Shown: positions 46,966 to 56,311, counted from the first letter of the stretch. The stretch: DNA of 64,000 nucleotides from Acetobacteraceae bacterium (GCA_019750465.1 JAIEOP010000050.1:2529-66528), one strand, 5' to 3'. Numbers and translations are program-made. Notes: generated by a model not told the origin, from the sequence alone.

Positions 46966-48129
46966 CTAGCTGCGCTCGCCCGCAGCGCCGACGCCGAATT
47001 CCCGCAGCACCTCCTCCGTGTGCTCGCCGAGGCGCGGGGGCAGGCGGCGGATGGAGGGGGGCGTCGAACGCAGACCGAGTGGGCTCGCCGGCAGCCGGAG
47101 CATCCCTTCCGTCGCGTGGCGGTGCATCTCCCAGAACCCGGTCGCGACCAGATGCGGGTCATCGAGCAGATCCTCGAGATCCTGCACGGCGGCAACGGGG
47201 ATGTCGGCGGCAAGCAGGATTGCGCTCCAATCCGCCGTGGCGCGGACCAGCAGCAGCGACGCGACCGTCGCCCAGACCTCGTCGAGATGCGACTGCCGCC
47301 CGGCGAGCGTCGCCCAGGCAGGATCCGCGGCGAGGTCGCCGCGCCCGGCGATCTCGAGGAAGCGCTTCCAGTGCGCATCGGTGTAGGGCAGCAGGCAGAT
47401 CCAGCCATCTGCCGTGCGGAAGGGCCGCCGCAGGCCCTTGCGGATCGGCGTGTACCCCATTTCGCCGGCGGGCGGCTCGAAGATGCAGCCGCCCAGGTGC
47501 TCGGCCGCGGTGAAGGCGACCAGCGTCTCCAGCATCGGGACCTTCACGAGCTGGCCGAGGCCGCTCCGCTCGCGGTGGAACAGGGCGACGGTGATGGCCA
47601 GCGCGGCATGCACTGCGGCGACCTTGTCGCCGATGATGGACGGGACGTACCGCGGCTCGCCGGCGGCCACCTTCTGCAGCATCGCCAGGCCAGAGAGCGC
47701 CTGTACAATGTCGTCATAGGCCGGCCGGCCGCCATAGGGGCCTTCCTCGGCGAAGCCTGTCGCGTGGCATAGCACAAGCCGCGGGTTCACCGCCGAAAGC
47801 CGGTCCCAGGAAAGCCCCAGCCGGTCGGCGGCCGGCGTGCGGATCGAGTGCAGCAGCACGTCGCTGAGCGCCGCCATCCCGAGCAGCGTCGCCCGGCTGT
47901 CGGCGTCCTTCAGGTCGAGGACGACGCTGCGCTTGTTCCGGTTGTTGGCCATGAACAGCGCGCCCATGCCCTCGTGCCGGCGCGGCCCGATGGAGCGCGT
48001 GATGTCGCCTTCCGGCGCCTCGACCTTGATGACGTCGGCACCCAGATCCCCGAGGTACTGTGCCGTCATCGGCCCGAGGATGACGGAGGAGAGGTCGAGG
48101 ACGCGGATGCCGTCCAGGGCGCCGGTCAT
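46966..48129 (-). CDS. family III CoA-transferase (CaiB/BaiF family)
   Basis: 'GIRVLDLSSVILGPMTAQYLGDLGADVIKVEAPEGD'. Confidence 0.85.
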   Translation of the reverse strand: MTGALDGIRVLDLSSVILGPMTAQYLGDLGADVIKVEAPEGDITRSIGPRRHEGMGALFMANNRNKRSVVLDLKDADSRATLLGMAALSDVLLHSIRTPAADRLGLSWDRLSAVNPRLVLCHATGFAEEGPYGGRPAYDDIVQALSGLAMLQKVAAGEPRYVPSIIGDKVAAVHAALAITVALFHRERSGLGQLVKVPMLETLVAFTAAEHLGGCIFEPPAGEMGYTPIRKGLRRPFRTADGWICLLPYTDAHWKRFLEIAGRGDLAADPAWATLAGRQSHLDEVWATVASLLLVRATADWSAILLAADIPVAAVQDLEDLLDDPHLVATGFWEMHRHATEGMLRLPASPLGLRSTPPSIRRLPPRLGEHTEEVLREFGVGAAGERS

Positions 48130-48289
48130 GGTGCCCGCCCCAGGACGGGGGCGGGTGCCCGGGTTGCGAAGCCTAGCCAGCGATCGTCCTGAGCGTGCTC
48201 GCCGCAGGCGGGCATATGAAGGACGTGAATCGCCGGGCCAAGGATGGCTGCACGCGGATGGGCCTGACGACCGTCAGGGCAATCCGGGT

Positions 48290-48979
48290 TTAGCTGCGCC
48301 GGGCCGGCCGCTTCGCGGCGACCGCCCGGGTCCGCGCGGGACGCGGCGCCGGCACGGCGGCTGCCTGCGCCTGCACCATCGTCAGCAACAGGCGCGACAT
48401 CTCCTCGGCGAGATCCGGGAGAGCGAGGCGTCCGTTCGGGCGGTACCAGACATAGGCCCAGCTCACCATGCCGCCGATCGCCAGCGCCGCCAGGCGCGCA
48501 TCGGCGATCCGGAACTCGCCGGATCTCACGCCCTCCTCGAGCAGGGCGGACAGCTTGTGGTCGAAGTCCCGTCGCATGTCGCTGATTCGCTTGAAGTCCT
48601 GCGGCAGTAGGTTCTTCTCCTCGCGTGCAAAGATCGCAATGTGCTTCTGGCTCTCCAGCACCGCGGTGACGAACCGGCGGCCGAGCTCGGCCAGCTTGCC
48701 CGTCGGCGGGCGATCGAGCGCCAGCACGCCGTTCATCGCCTGCAGCGCCGAGGCTATGCCGCGTGAGCAGATCTCGGCCAGCAGCTCGCTCTTGGAGGTG
48801 AAATGGGCGTAGATGAAGGGCTTGGTGACGCCGAGCCGCTCCGCGACCGAATCGAGCGTCGTGTTCTCGTAGCCGCGATCGTAGAAGAGCTCGACCGCTG
48901 CGGCGATCGTCCGCTCGCGTTTCAGGGTCGCAACTTCGTCCCGGATACCCAGCATGGGGGCGCTCATGATCGTCGCCAT
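48290..48979 (-). CDS. TetR/AcrR-family transcriptional regulator
   Basis: The N-terminal HTH region 'ERTIAAAVELFYDRGYENTTLDSVAERLGVTKPFIYAHFTSKSELL'. Confidence 0.85.
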   Translation of the reverse strand: MATIMSAPMLGIRDEVATLKRERTIAAAVELFYDRGYENTTLDSVAERLGVTKPFIYAHFTSKSELLAEICSRGIASALQAMNGVLALDRPPTGKLAELGRRFVTAVLESQKHIAIFAREEKNLLPQDFKRISDMRRDFDHKLSALLEEGVRSGEFRIADARLAALAIGGMVSWAYVWYRPNGRLALPDLAEEMSRLLLTMVQAQAAAVPAPRPARTRAVAAKRPARRS

Positions 48980-49084
48980 CTTCGGTTGTCTTGGCCTTTA
49001 TGCTGCGAGGTAGAATCGCATACCGAGTAGCACGGTCTGCGACCGGACTCCACCCAGAAGCGTCAAGAGGTCTGTCCCTTCCCG

Positions 49085-50251
49085 TCACGGCGCTGGTCGC
49101 CGTGCATTACCGGGCAGCATGTCGCGCGAGATGATCTCCTTCATCACCTCCACGCTGCCGCCACCGATCCGGCCGAGCCTGGCGTCCACGAAGGCCCGGG
49201 CGATCGGGAACTCCCACATGTAGCCCCAGCCGCCGAAGAGCTGCAGGCACTGGTCCATGACGCGCCCCTGCAGCTCCGTCGTCGTGAGCTTCAGCATCGC
49301 CGCGTCCACGGCAGTGAGCTGCCGTTCGAGGTGAAGCTCGATGCAGCGGTCTAGGAAGACGCGCTGCGCCAGCGTGTCGGCCCGCATCTCCGCCAGCTTG
49401 AAACGGGTGTTCTGGAAATCGGCGAGCGTCTGACCGAACATCTTCCGCTGCACGGCGTAGTCCAGCGTCCACTCCAGCGCCGCTTCCGCCGAGGCGACCG
49501 CGCGGATCCCCTGCACCAGCCGTTCCTGCGGCAATTCCTGCATGAGCTGGTAGAAGCCGCGCCCCTCCTGCCCGAGCAGGTTCGAGACAGGGACACGCAT
49601 GTCCTGGAAGAACAGCTCGGACGTGTCCTGCGCCTTGCAGCCGATCTTCTCGAGCTTGCGGCCGCGCGTGAAGCCGGGCCGGTCGGTCTCGACCAGCAGC
49701 AGGCTGACGCCCTTCGCGCCCGCCTTCGGGTCGGTCTTGCAGGCCAGCACTAGCAGATCGGCGTTGTGGCCGGAGGTGATGAAGACCTTCTGGCCGTTCA
49801 CCACATACTCGTCCCCGTCACGGATCGCGGTGGTCTTGATCGCGGCCAGGTCGCTGCCGCCGGACGGCTCGCTCATGCCGAGCGCTGTGATGACCTCGCC
49901 GCGTGCCATCGCCGGCAGCCAGCGCTGCTTCTGCGCCTCCGTCCCGTAATGGACGAGATAGGGCGAGATGATCTCGGAATGCAGATAGAAGGTCGGGCCC
50001 GTGGCGCCGGCGCGCGCCATCTCCTCGACCATGATCGCGCCGAACAGGAAGTCGCCGCCGGCGCCGCCATACTCCTCCGGCACGCCCGTGCAGAGAAAGC
50101 CGGCGGCTCCGGCCTTGAGCCAGAGATCCCGCGGGACGATGCCGGCCTTCTCCCATTCGCCGTGGAGCGGCGTGATCTCCTCCGCGATGAAGCGCCGGAT
50201 GGAGTCGCGGAAGATCTCGTGCTCGGGGTGGAAGAGCGTGCGGGGGATCAC
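49085..50251 (-). CDS. acyl-CoA dehydrogenase
   Basis: GTG at 50251. Motifs 'GVPEEYGGAG', 'LGMSEPSGGSDLA' and the C-terminal 'FGGWGYMWEFPIARAFVDAR'. Confidence 0.85.
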   Translation of the reverse strand: MIPRTLFHPEHEIFRDSIRRFIAEEITPLHGEWEKAGIVPRDLWLKAGAAGFLCTGVPEEYGGAGGDFLFGAIMVEEMARAGATGPTFYLHSEIISPYLVHYGTEAQKQRWLPAMARGEVITALGMSEPSGGSDLAAIKTTAIRDGDEYVVNGQKVFITSGHNADLLVLACKTDPKAGAKGVSLLLVETDRPGFTRGRKLEKIGCKAQDTSELFFQDMRVPVSNLLGQEGRGFYQLMQELPQERLVQGIRAVASAEAALEWTLDYAVQRKMFGQTLADFQNTRFKLAEMRADTLAQRVFLDRCIELHLERQLTAVDAAMLKLTTTELQGRVMDQCLQLFGGWGYMWEFPIARAFVDARLGRIGGGSVEVMKEIISRDMLPGNARRPAP

Positions 50252-50295
50252 GGGGCCTGGCGTTCCTCGTCTGGCTGCCAAATGGCATCGCAAGT

Positions 50296-50332
50296 TACCC
50301 ACAAGTAAACATTCAGTCGCGCGGGAATGCAA
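50296..50332 (-). promoter_or_regulatory. candidate promoter (minus strand TTGCAT, 17 nt, TTTACT) with box TACTTGTGGGTA (50296-50307)
   Basis: Lies 45 nt upstream of the acyl-CoA dehydrogenase start. Box copy 5 of 6. Confidence 0.45.
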
Positions 50333-50368
50333 GTCCGCTGAGCGCCCCTTCGCGGACAGTTGGCGGGA

Positions 50369-51154
50369 CTAGGCGAATCCGGGCCTCCGCCGTGCGCGGA
50401 AGGCGGCCAGCCCTTCCGTCGCATCGGGGCCGAGCAGAAGCGGCAGCGCCTCGGCCGCCTCCTGCCGCAGCCCTTCGTCGAGCGGCATGGCAAGGCTGAC
50501 TCGTGCCAGGCGTTTCATCGCGGCGAGCCCCGCGGCACTGCGCGTGGCGAGGTCAGCGCAGCACGCCGCCGCCACCGCGTCCAATGCGTCCGGCTCGACC
50601 ACGCGGGATACGAGGCCCCAGGAGGCCGCCTCCTCCGCCCCGATCCAGCGGCCGGTCAGCATCAGGTCGAGGGCGCGGCGCAGTCCGGCCAGCCGCGGCA
50701 GGCGTTGGCTGCCACCCCAGGCCGGCACTAGGCCGAAGCGGGCGTGCTGGTCGCCAAAGCGCGCCTCGCGCGACGCGATCACGATGTCGCAGCCCATTAC
50801 GAGTTCGAGCCCGCCGGCCAGGCAGAGGCCGCGCACCGCGGCGACGACCGGCAGCGCGCTCGCTTCCAGCGCGGCAAGCAGCTCGTGTCCTTCCGCCAGG
50901 AACGCGGCGAGAGCCTTCGGGTCCTGCCGCAGCGCCGCAAAGGCGTCGAGGTCGACGCCGGTGCAGAATGCGTCGCCCTGCGCGCGGATGAGCACCGAGC
51001 GCAGCGCAGGGTCGGCTTCGAAGCGACGGAGCCCGGCGCGCAGCGCGGCGCGATCGGCCGGCCGCAGCGCGTTCTGGCGGGACGGCCGGGCGAGCTCCAT
51101 CACGCCCGTCGCACCTTCGGTCCGAACGACAATGCCGGGATCGTCCGATGTCAT
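50369..51154 (-). CDS. enoyl-CoA hydratase/isomerase family protein
   Basis: ATG at 51154 ('MTSDDPGIVVRTEG'), then 'GDAFCTGVDLD' and 'GLCLAGGLELVMGCD'. Confidence 0.8.
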   Translation of the reverse strand: MTSDDPGIVVRTEGATGVMELARPSRQNALRPADRAALRAGLRRFEADPALRSVLIRAQGDAFCTGVDLDAFAALRQDPKALAAFLAEGHELLAALEASALPVVAAVRGLCLAGGLELVMGCDIVIASREARFGDQHARFGLVPAWGGSQRLPRLAGLRRALDLMLTGRWIGAEEAASWGLVSRVVEPDALDAVAAACCADLATRSAAGLAAMKRLARVSLAMPLDEGLRQEAAEALPLLLGPDATEGLAAFRARRRPGFA

Positions 51155-51275
51155 TGCATTTTGGCTCCATCGAGGCTCGTGCCACCCATGGCTGCGGACC
51201 GCGTCGCTTGCGGCCTTTCGGAGGCTTCGCGTAGGTTGCGCTCGGCACGGCAACAAGCGGGAGTGACGGCAACGC

Positions 51276-52451
51276 ATGCCGGGGCCCATCAGCGGCAAGG
51301 TTTCGATCGTCGGCATCGGCCAGAGCGAGTTCGGCCGCTTTCTGCCAGACAGCCAGCTCGGCCTCGGCGCGAAGGCGCTGCGGGCAGCGCTTGCCGATGC
51401 GGGGCTCGAGCGGTCGGATATCGACGGGTTGTCGCTCCACATGGGCTGGCCGCTCGGCGCGGATTACGACCGCATCGCGGAGGTCTATGGGCTCGAGGTG
51501 GATTACGTCCACCAGGCCTGGACACATGGCCGCTTCGTGACCAGCACCCTGCAGCACGCCGCCATGGCGATTGCCACTGGCATGGCGCAGGTCGTGGCCT
51601 GCATCACCGCGATCTGCTTCACGCGCGAACGCCAGATCCTCGGCGGTCCCGGCGACCACGAGGGCATGCGCGAGCAAGGCGCCACGCATGGCGAGAACCC
51701 GGTCTTCGGACTGACCTCTCCGGCGGCCGGCGCGGCCTTCGCGATGCAGCGCTACATGGCGGATTACGGTGTCACCAGCGCCGAGCTCGCCGCGGTGCCG
51801 GTCGCGCTGCGGCGGCACGCGCTGCTGAACCCGCATGCCCTGATGAAGACGCCGCTGACGCTCGAGGCCCACCAGGCCTCCCGGATGATCGTCGATCCGC
51901 TGCGGTTGTTCGACTGCTCGCTCGTGACCGATGGCGCGGTGGTCGTGCTGCTGGCCAGCGCGGACCGCGCCCGCGACCTGCGCCAGCGCCCGGTGCAGAT
52001 CGCAGGCATGCAGGGCATCCGTTCCGGGCGAAGCGAGTTCATCTTCGCGCCGCCCAACCTCGGCATCAACCAGCAGCCCGTGGCGCGGGTGACCCCGCGG
52101 GAGCGGGACATGGCAGTCTACCGCATGGCAGGGATCGACCGCGCCGCGATCCAGGGCTTCTACACCTACGACGCCTTCTCCCCGCTGGTGCTGTTCGCGC
52201 TGGAACGCTTCGGCTTCTGCGGCCCCGGCGAGGCCGCGCGGTGGGTGCAGGACGGCCGCATCGGCCCCGGCGGCGACCTGCCGGTAAACACCTCGGGCGG
52301 GCTGCTGTCGGAAGCGCATGTCTGCGGATGGAACTCGATCGCCGAGATGGTCCGGCAGCTTCGCGGCGAGGCCGGGTCCCGGCAGATACCCAGCGCGTCC
52401 TGCCTGCAATGGGGGACGTGCTGGGGCGATTCGGTCATCCTTCGATGCTGA
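51276..52451 (+). CDS. thiolase-fold protein, lipid-transfer (Ltp)-like, apparently Cys-less
   Basis: 'KVSIVGIGQSEFGR' and the C-terminal 'NTSGGLLSEAHVCGWNSIAEMVRQLRGEAG'. I see no C(A/G)SG nucleophile motif. Confidence 0.8.
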   Translation: MPGPISGKVSIVGIGQSEFGRFLPDSQLGLGAKALRAALADAGLERSDIDGLSLHMGWPLGADYDRIAEVYGLEVDYVHQAWTHGRFVTSTLQHAAMAIATGMAQVVACITAICFTRERQILGGPGDHEGMREQGATHGENPVFGLTSPAAGAAFAMQRYMADYGVTSAELAAVPVALRRHALLNPHALMKTPLTLEAHQASRMIVDPLRLFDCSLVTDGAVVVLLASADRARDLRQRPVQIAGMQGIRSGRSEFIFAPPNLGINQQPVARVTPRERDMAVYRMAGIDRAAIQGFYTYDAFSPLVLFALERFGFCGPGEAARWVQDGRIGPGGDLPVNTSGGLLSEAHVCGWNSIAEMVRQLRGEAGSRQIPSASCLQWGTCWGDSVILRC

Positions 52452-52461
52452 GCACGCCGCA

Positions 52462-52893
52462 ATGATGGACCCGAGCCACCCGACCGCGAAGCCGCTGCCA
52501 CGGATCACGTCCGACAACGGCCCCTTCTGGGAGGCCTGTCGCCGGCACGAGTTGCTGCTTCCCTGGTGCGATGCCTGCGAGCGTTCGCATTGGCCACCGG
52601 GCCCGGTCTGCCCCTTCTGCTTCGGCGTGCGCACCGCATGGCGAAGTGCGTCCGGGCGGGGGCGGATCTCGTCCTGGGTGGTCGTCCACAAGGAGTGGCT
52701 TCCCGCCTTCCGAGACGACCTGCCCTACAACGCGGTCCAGGTCGAGTTGGAGGAGGGCGTGCGGCTGACCGGCAACGTCGTCGGCGTTCCGAACGAGGCG
52801 CTGCGCGTCGGCCTCCCGGTCGAAGTGGTGTTCGACGACGTGACCGAGACCGCGACACTTCCTCGCTTCCGACCGACCGACGCAGCCGTCTAA
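52462..52893 (+). CDS. DUF35 zinc-ribbon/OB-fold protein
   Basis: ATG at 52462. The zinc ribbon 'CDACERSHWPPGPVCPFC' is followed by an OB-fold region. Confidence 0.8.
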   Translation: MMDPSHPTAKPLPRITSDNGPFWEACRRHELLLPWCDACERSHWPPGPVCPFCFGVRTAWRSASGRGRISSWVVVHKEWLPAFRDDLPYNAVQVELEEGVRLTGNVVGVPNEALRVGLPVEVVFDDVTETATLPRFRPTDAAV

Positions 52894-53001
52894 TCCCGGC
52901 GCCGCAGGCCAGAGGTTCCTCGCCTCGGCCTTTGCTGCCTGCCCGGTCCGATCGGTTCCGTCCCGTCAGCTGCACGGCATTGTCACGCTCTCGGGAGAGC
53001 C

Positions 53002-53036
53002 TTGACGAGCTGTCTGCCGATATATACTGATGGGTA
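53002..53036 (+). promoter_or_regulatory. candidate promoter (TTGACG, 15 nt, TATACT) with box TACTGATGGGTA (53025-53036)
   Basis: An AT-rich patch stands out in GC-rich DNA, 116 nt upstream of the FMO start. Box copy 6 of 6. Confidence 0.45.
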
Positions 53037-53151
53037 AAGTTACATGCCGATGAGTTGCGCCTCTGCCATGCATGGCGCTTCGGCACGCCGGCCCTGTCGT
53101 GGGCGAGACCCGGCGGCGGCTCAGGCGGTTGGGGAGGGAGCGAGGCGACCG

Positions 53152-54489
53152 ATGACGAGGAAGCATTTCGCCGTGATCGGCGCCGGCGCGGGCGGGCTCT
53201 GCGCTGCCAAGAACCTGCTCGCCCGCAATGTCGAGGTCACGATCTTCGAAGTTGGCTCGCACATCGGCGGGCTCTGGGTCTACCGCAACGACAGCGGGCT
53301 GAGCCCCGCCTATCGTTCGCTGCACATCAATTCTGAAGCGCGGGTCAGTTCCTTCATCGATTTCCCTTTCGAGGCCGGCACACCGCTCTATCCAAACGCG
53401 GCGCGCATGGAGCGCTACTTCCGCGACTATGCCGAGCATTTCCGGCTGACCTCGCGCATCCGGTTCAACATGCGCGTCAAGGCCGTGGTGCCCGAGGGCG
53501 AAGGGTATCGCATCGAGACGGAGGCGGGGGCGACGGAGCACTTCGACGGCGTGGTGGTGGCGACCGGACATCAGAGCGTTCCGCGCCATCCGCCGCAGGT
53601 GGAGGGATTCGGCGGCCGTTACCTGCACGCACATGCCTATCGTGAGCCCGAGCCTTTCGCGGGCGAGCGCGTCCTGGTCATCGGTCCCGGCAACAGCGGC
53701 GTGGACATCGCGGCCGATGTCTGTTCGGTGACGAGCATGACCTACCTGTCGGCCCGGTCGCCCGTGCTGATCATGCCGCGCCTGATGTTCGGGGTGCCGC
53801 AGTCGCGGATCCTGGGCAAGCTCGAGCGGCCCTTCCTGCCCTGGAGCATCCGCGTGTGGATCCGCACGAAGCTGACGCGGATGTTCCACGGCCCGATGGA
53901 GCAGTGGGGCTTCCGCACGCCGAAGGGCCGCACGCATCCGATCAGCCATCCGACGCTGATCTCGATGCTCGCCTGGGACCGTGTCAGGGCAAAGCCGGGC
54001 ATTACGCGCGTGGAGGGCAAGACCGTGCATTTCGCAGACGGCACGGCGGAGGAGATCGACACGATCATCGCCGCCACCGGCTACGTCACGGCCCTGCCGT
54101 TCCTGCCCGAGGGGACCTCGCCGGTGCGGGACAGCTATCTCGATGTCTACAACAGGGTCTACAGCCCGAAGCTGCCGAACCTCTACTTCATCGGCTTCTT
54201 CGACGTTACCGGCGGCAGTAACATCCGCATGATGGACGACCAGGCAGAGTACATCGCGGCGATCGCCGCCGGCGAGATCAAGCTGCCCAGCCCGCCGGAG
54301 ATCGCACAGGCCATCCGCGCCGACAAGGCGTTCCAGGAGAGCATGTTCCCAGGCACGCCGCGTTATGCGCTGGAACTCGATCCCGTGCGCTACCGCAAGC
54401 TGCTTGCGAAGGATTATGCCCGCAGCGGCGTGCGGCACAGGCGGCCCGAACCGGTCGAGCGTGCGCTGCTCACGGAGTCTGCTGCGTGA
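53152..54489 (+). CDS. class B flavin-containing monooxygenase (FMO-type)
   Basis: 'FAVIGAGAGGLCAA', 'GGLWVY', the FMO-identifying motif 'FGGRYLHAHAYR' and the NADP site 'VIGPGNSGVDIA'. Confidence 0.85.
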   Translation: MTRKHFAVIGAGAGGLCAAKNLLARNVEVTIFEVGSHIGGLWVYRNDSGLSPAYRSLHINSEARVSSFIDFPFEAGTPLYPNAARMERYFRDYAEHFRLTSRIRFNMRVKAVVPEGEGYRIETEAGATEHFDGVVVATGHQSVPRHPPQVEGFGGRYLHAHAYREPEPFAGERVLVIGPGNSGVDIAADVCSVTSMTYLSARSPVLIMPRLMFGVPQSRILGKLERPFLPWSIRVWIRTKLTRMFHGPMEQWGFRTPKGRTHPISHPTLISMLAWDRVRAKPGITRVEGKTVHFADGTAEEIDTIIAATGYVTALPFLPEGTSPVRDSYLDVYNRVYSPKLPNLYFIGFFDVTGGSNIRMMDDQAEYIAAIAAGEIKLPSPPEIAQAIRADKAFQESMFPGTPRYALELDPVRYRKLLAKDYARSGVRHRRPEPVERALLTESAA

Positions 54490-54704
54490 CGACATGACCA
54501 GCGTCCGCGGCCGCTCGGCTCGGGGTCACCGACACAGCGGCCTGACATGCCGCTGACCGAAGATGGTGAGGACGAGGTATATGTCCGTCACGGTGATCAT
54601 GACGCGCGCAGGGCCGAACCGCAGCGCGGGGATGACCTCTGCGCCAGGCGTCACGCGAGCAGCGCTGCCGAGGCCTGGCTCGGCCCACGGCAGTGCGCGT
54701 TGCC

Positions 54705-54908
54705 TCAACCCTCAAGAACGAAGGTGACCTCCAGCGTCACGCGAAACTCCGAGATCCTGCCCTGGCTCACACTTGCTTTCTGCTCGAGCACATGGAGCCC
54801 GGTGATCCCGCGCAACGTCTTGCTGGCGCGCTCAAGGCCCTCGCGAACCGCGGCGTCGAAGCTTTCTGACGAGGCCGCGGTGATCTTCGACACGCTGGCG
54901 ACTGCCAT
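54705..54908 (-). CDS. dodecin-family (small flavin-binding) protein
   Basis: 67 aa. 'MAVASVSKITAASSESFDAAVREGLERASKTLRGITGLHVLEQKASV..GRISEFRVTLEVTFVL' matches the dodecin pattern as I remember it. Confidence 0.7.
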   Translation of the reverse strand: MAVASVSKITAASSESFDAAVREGLERASKTLRGITGLHVLEQKASVSQGRISEFRVTLEVTFVLEG

Positions 54909-55471
54909 CCTTGCCTCCCTCGTAAACGCCGGCGCGGAATGGCCCGGCCGGCATTGCAACCATAGCCGCCGATGGGCTGAAATGGTGAGCCGTGGCGCTG
55001 GGCTGCACGAACCCGTGTCCGCTTCGTTGTGCCTCAGTGCATCTGCGGCGGCCCCCGAGCGTCGAGCTGCGCGGATGGCAGGAGGAAGAATGCGGCCTAC
55101 GTCGCCGCCGAGCTGCCGCTTCGTAATCCGGTGCCTCTCCTCCTCCCGCTTCGACTTGGTGGGAAGCCGCGGCCACCGGCGGCGGGCCTGCCCGTTCGGC
55201 GCGGCTTCGATACGCGGGTCCTGGACGCCGCGGTGCGCTGGCAGCTCAGCGGCGAGATGCCCCTTGCCTGCGAGGCGACCGGGCCGAGTGCCAGGACCGG
55301 CGCGCAGATGAGGATCTCGTCCTTACCGTGCTTGGCGTTGCCGTCATCTGCATGCGCCAGGTCAGCCGCCATGGCGGACTTGGTGGAGAATGTTGGAACG
55401 TACTGCGCCGACACTCCCTCCAGGATTCGGGTTTGGGAACTCGTTCGAGCGACGCGCGGATGCGCGCGCAA

Positions 55472-56311
55472 TCAGGTCACGCGGTAGATCGTGAAGGAGC
55501 CGCGGGCGCCCTCGCGGTTGGGTCCGACCTGGCGGATCCGCTCCAGCACCTTCACCTCGATGCCCTGGCGCTTTTTCAGGCCCGCGAAGAAGCCGCGGAC
55601 CGTGTGCTGCTGCCAGCCTGTCGCCTCGCAGATCTGGGCGATGGTGGCGCCCTCCTCGCGGCGGAGCAGGGCGAGCACCTGCTCCTGCTTCGTGCCCTCG
55701 CGCGGCTTGCGCGGCGCGCCCGGCTCCCGCGTCGCGCGCGCCGGCTTCGCCAGCATCTGGCGCAGGGCGTCCATTGCGTCCGTCAGGTCGTAGCGCTGGT
55801 TCGCCTCGTCGTCCCAGGCGTCGAGCACCCGCTGCGCGGTATCGCGTAGGGTGGCGTGCAGCGCGGGCGTGGGCGCGGTCTGGGCCGCTTCCGGCGCCGG
55901 GACGTCCTCACCCTGCGGCGTCGGCTCCTCCGCGCCCGTGCGCGCCGTGTCGGCCACCGTCGCGGCGGTCTCCGCGGCGGCGCGGCGGTCGGCGTTGCGG
56001 CGGGCGATGGCCTCGGCGCTCTGTTCGTCTTCCTCACGCGCGTCGCCCGCGTTCGGGTCGATGCCGATGGCGCGGAGCCCCTCGTCGGTGATGCGCGCCA
56101 CGATCCAGGTCCCGTCCTCGTCCTGGCGCCAGCCGAGCCCGACATGCTCATGCGGCGCGTTGATCTCGGTGAGCAAGTTGTTCTTGATCAGGCTGCGAAA
56201 CACCGCGTTACGGGCCGCGGCGGGCAGGGTCTTCGGCGCACGGGCGAGGCCCATCTCGTGCTGCGCGGCCGCGCTCAGGATCGCGCGCTGGGTGTCGGAA
56301 AGCTTGGTCAT
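55472..56311 (-). CDS. DUF3489-domain protein
   Basis: The C-terminal 'TKQEQVLALLRREEGATIAQICEATGWQQHTVRGFFAGLKKRQGIEV' is the DUF3489 signature as I know it. The middle of the protein is low-complexity and acidic, rich in Ala and Pro. Confidence 0.75.
   Translation of the reverse strand: MTKLSDTQRAILSAAAQHEMGLARAPKTLPAAARNAVFRSLIKNNLLTEINAPHEHVGLGWRQDEDGTWIVARITDEGLRAIGIDPNAGDAREEDEQSAEAIARRNADRRAAAETAATVADTARTGAEEPTPQGEDVPAPEAAQTAPTPALHATLRDTAQRVLDAWDDEANQRYDLTDAMDALRQMLAKPARATREPGAPRKPREGTKQEQVLALLRREEGATIAQICEATGWQQHTVRGFFAGLKKRQGIEVKVLERIRQVGPNREGARGSFTIYRVT

Noticed and set aside
48980-49084. A search for the TACTnnTGGGTA box upstream of the TetR gene, looking for autoregulation.
   Set aside because: Only GGTA-N8-TACC and TACCGAGTA are present. 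Neither matches the six-site box, so I do not claim autoregulation or a seventh site.
50553-52691. 712-aa minus-strand ORF. Other long antisense ORFs are 30999..32705, 32432..34273, 36670..38718, 42208..43917, 11084..12652, 21797..23347, 23478..24989 and 52966..54495.
   Set aside because: The reasoning is the same. Each overlaps one or more well-supported genes on the other strand, has low-complexity Arg/Gly/Pro/Ala composition, and spans several unrelated genes.
54526-54708. 60-aa minus-strand ORF with a hydrophobic stretch ('VMITVTDIYLVLTIFGQ') between the convergent FMO and dodecin genes.
   Set aside because: It is too short, has no start context and overlaps the dodecin stop. It could be a membrane-protein fragment, but the sequence alone does not support it.
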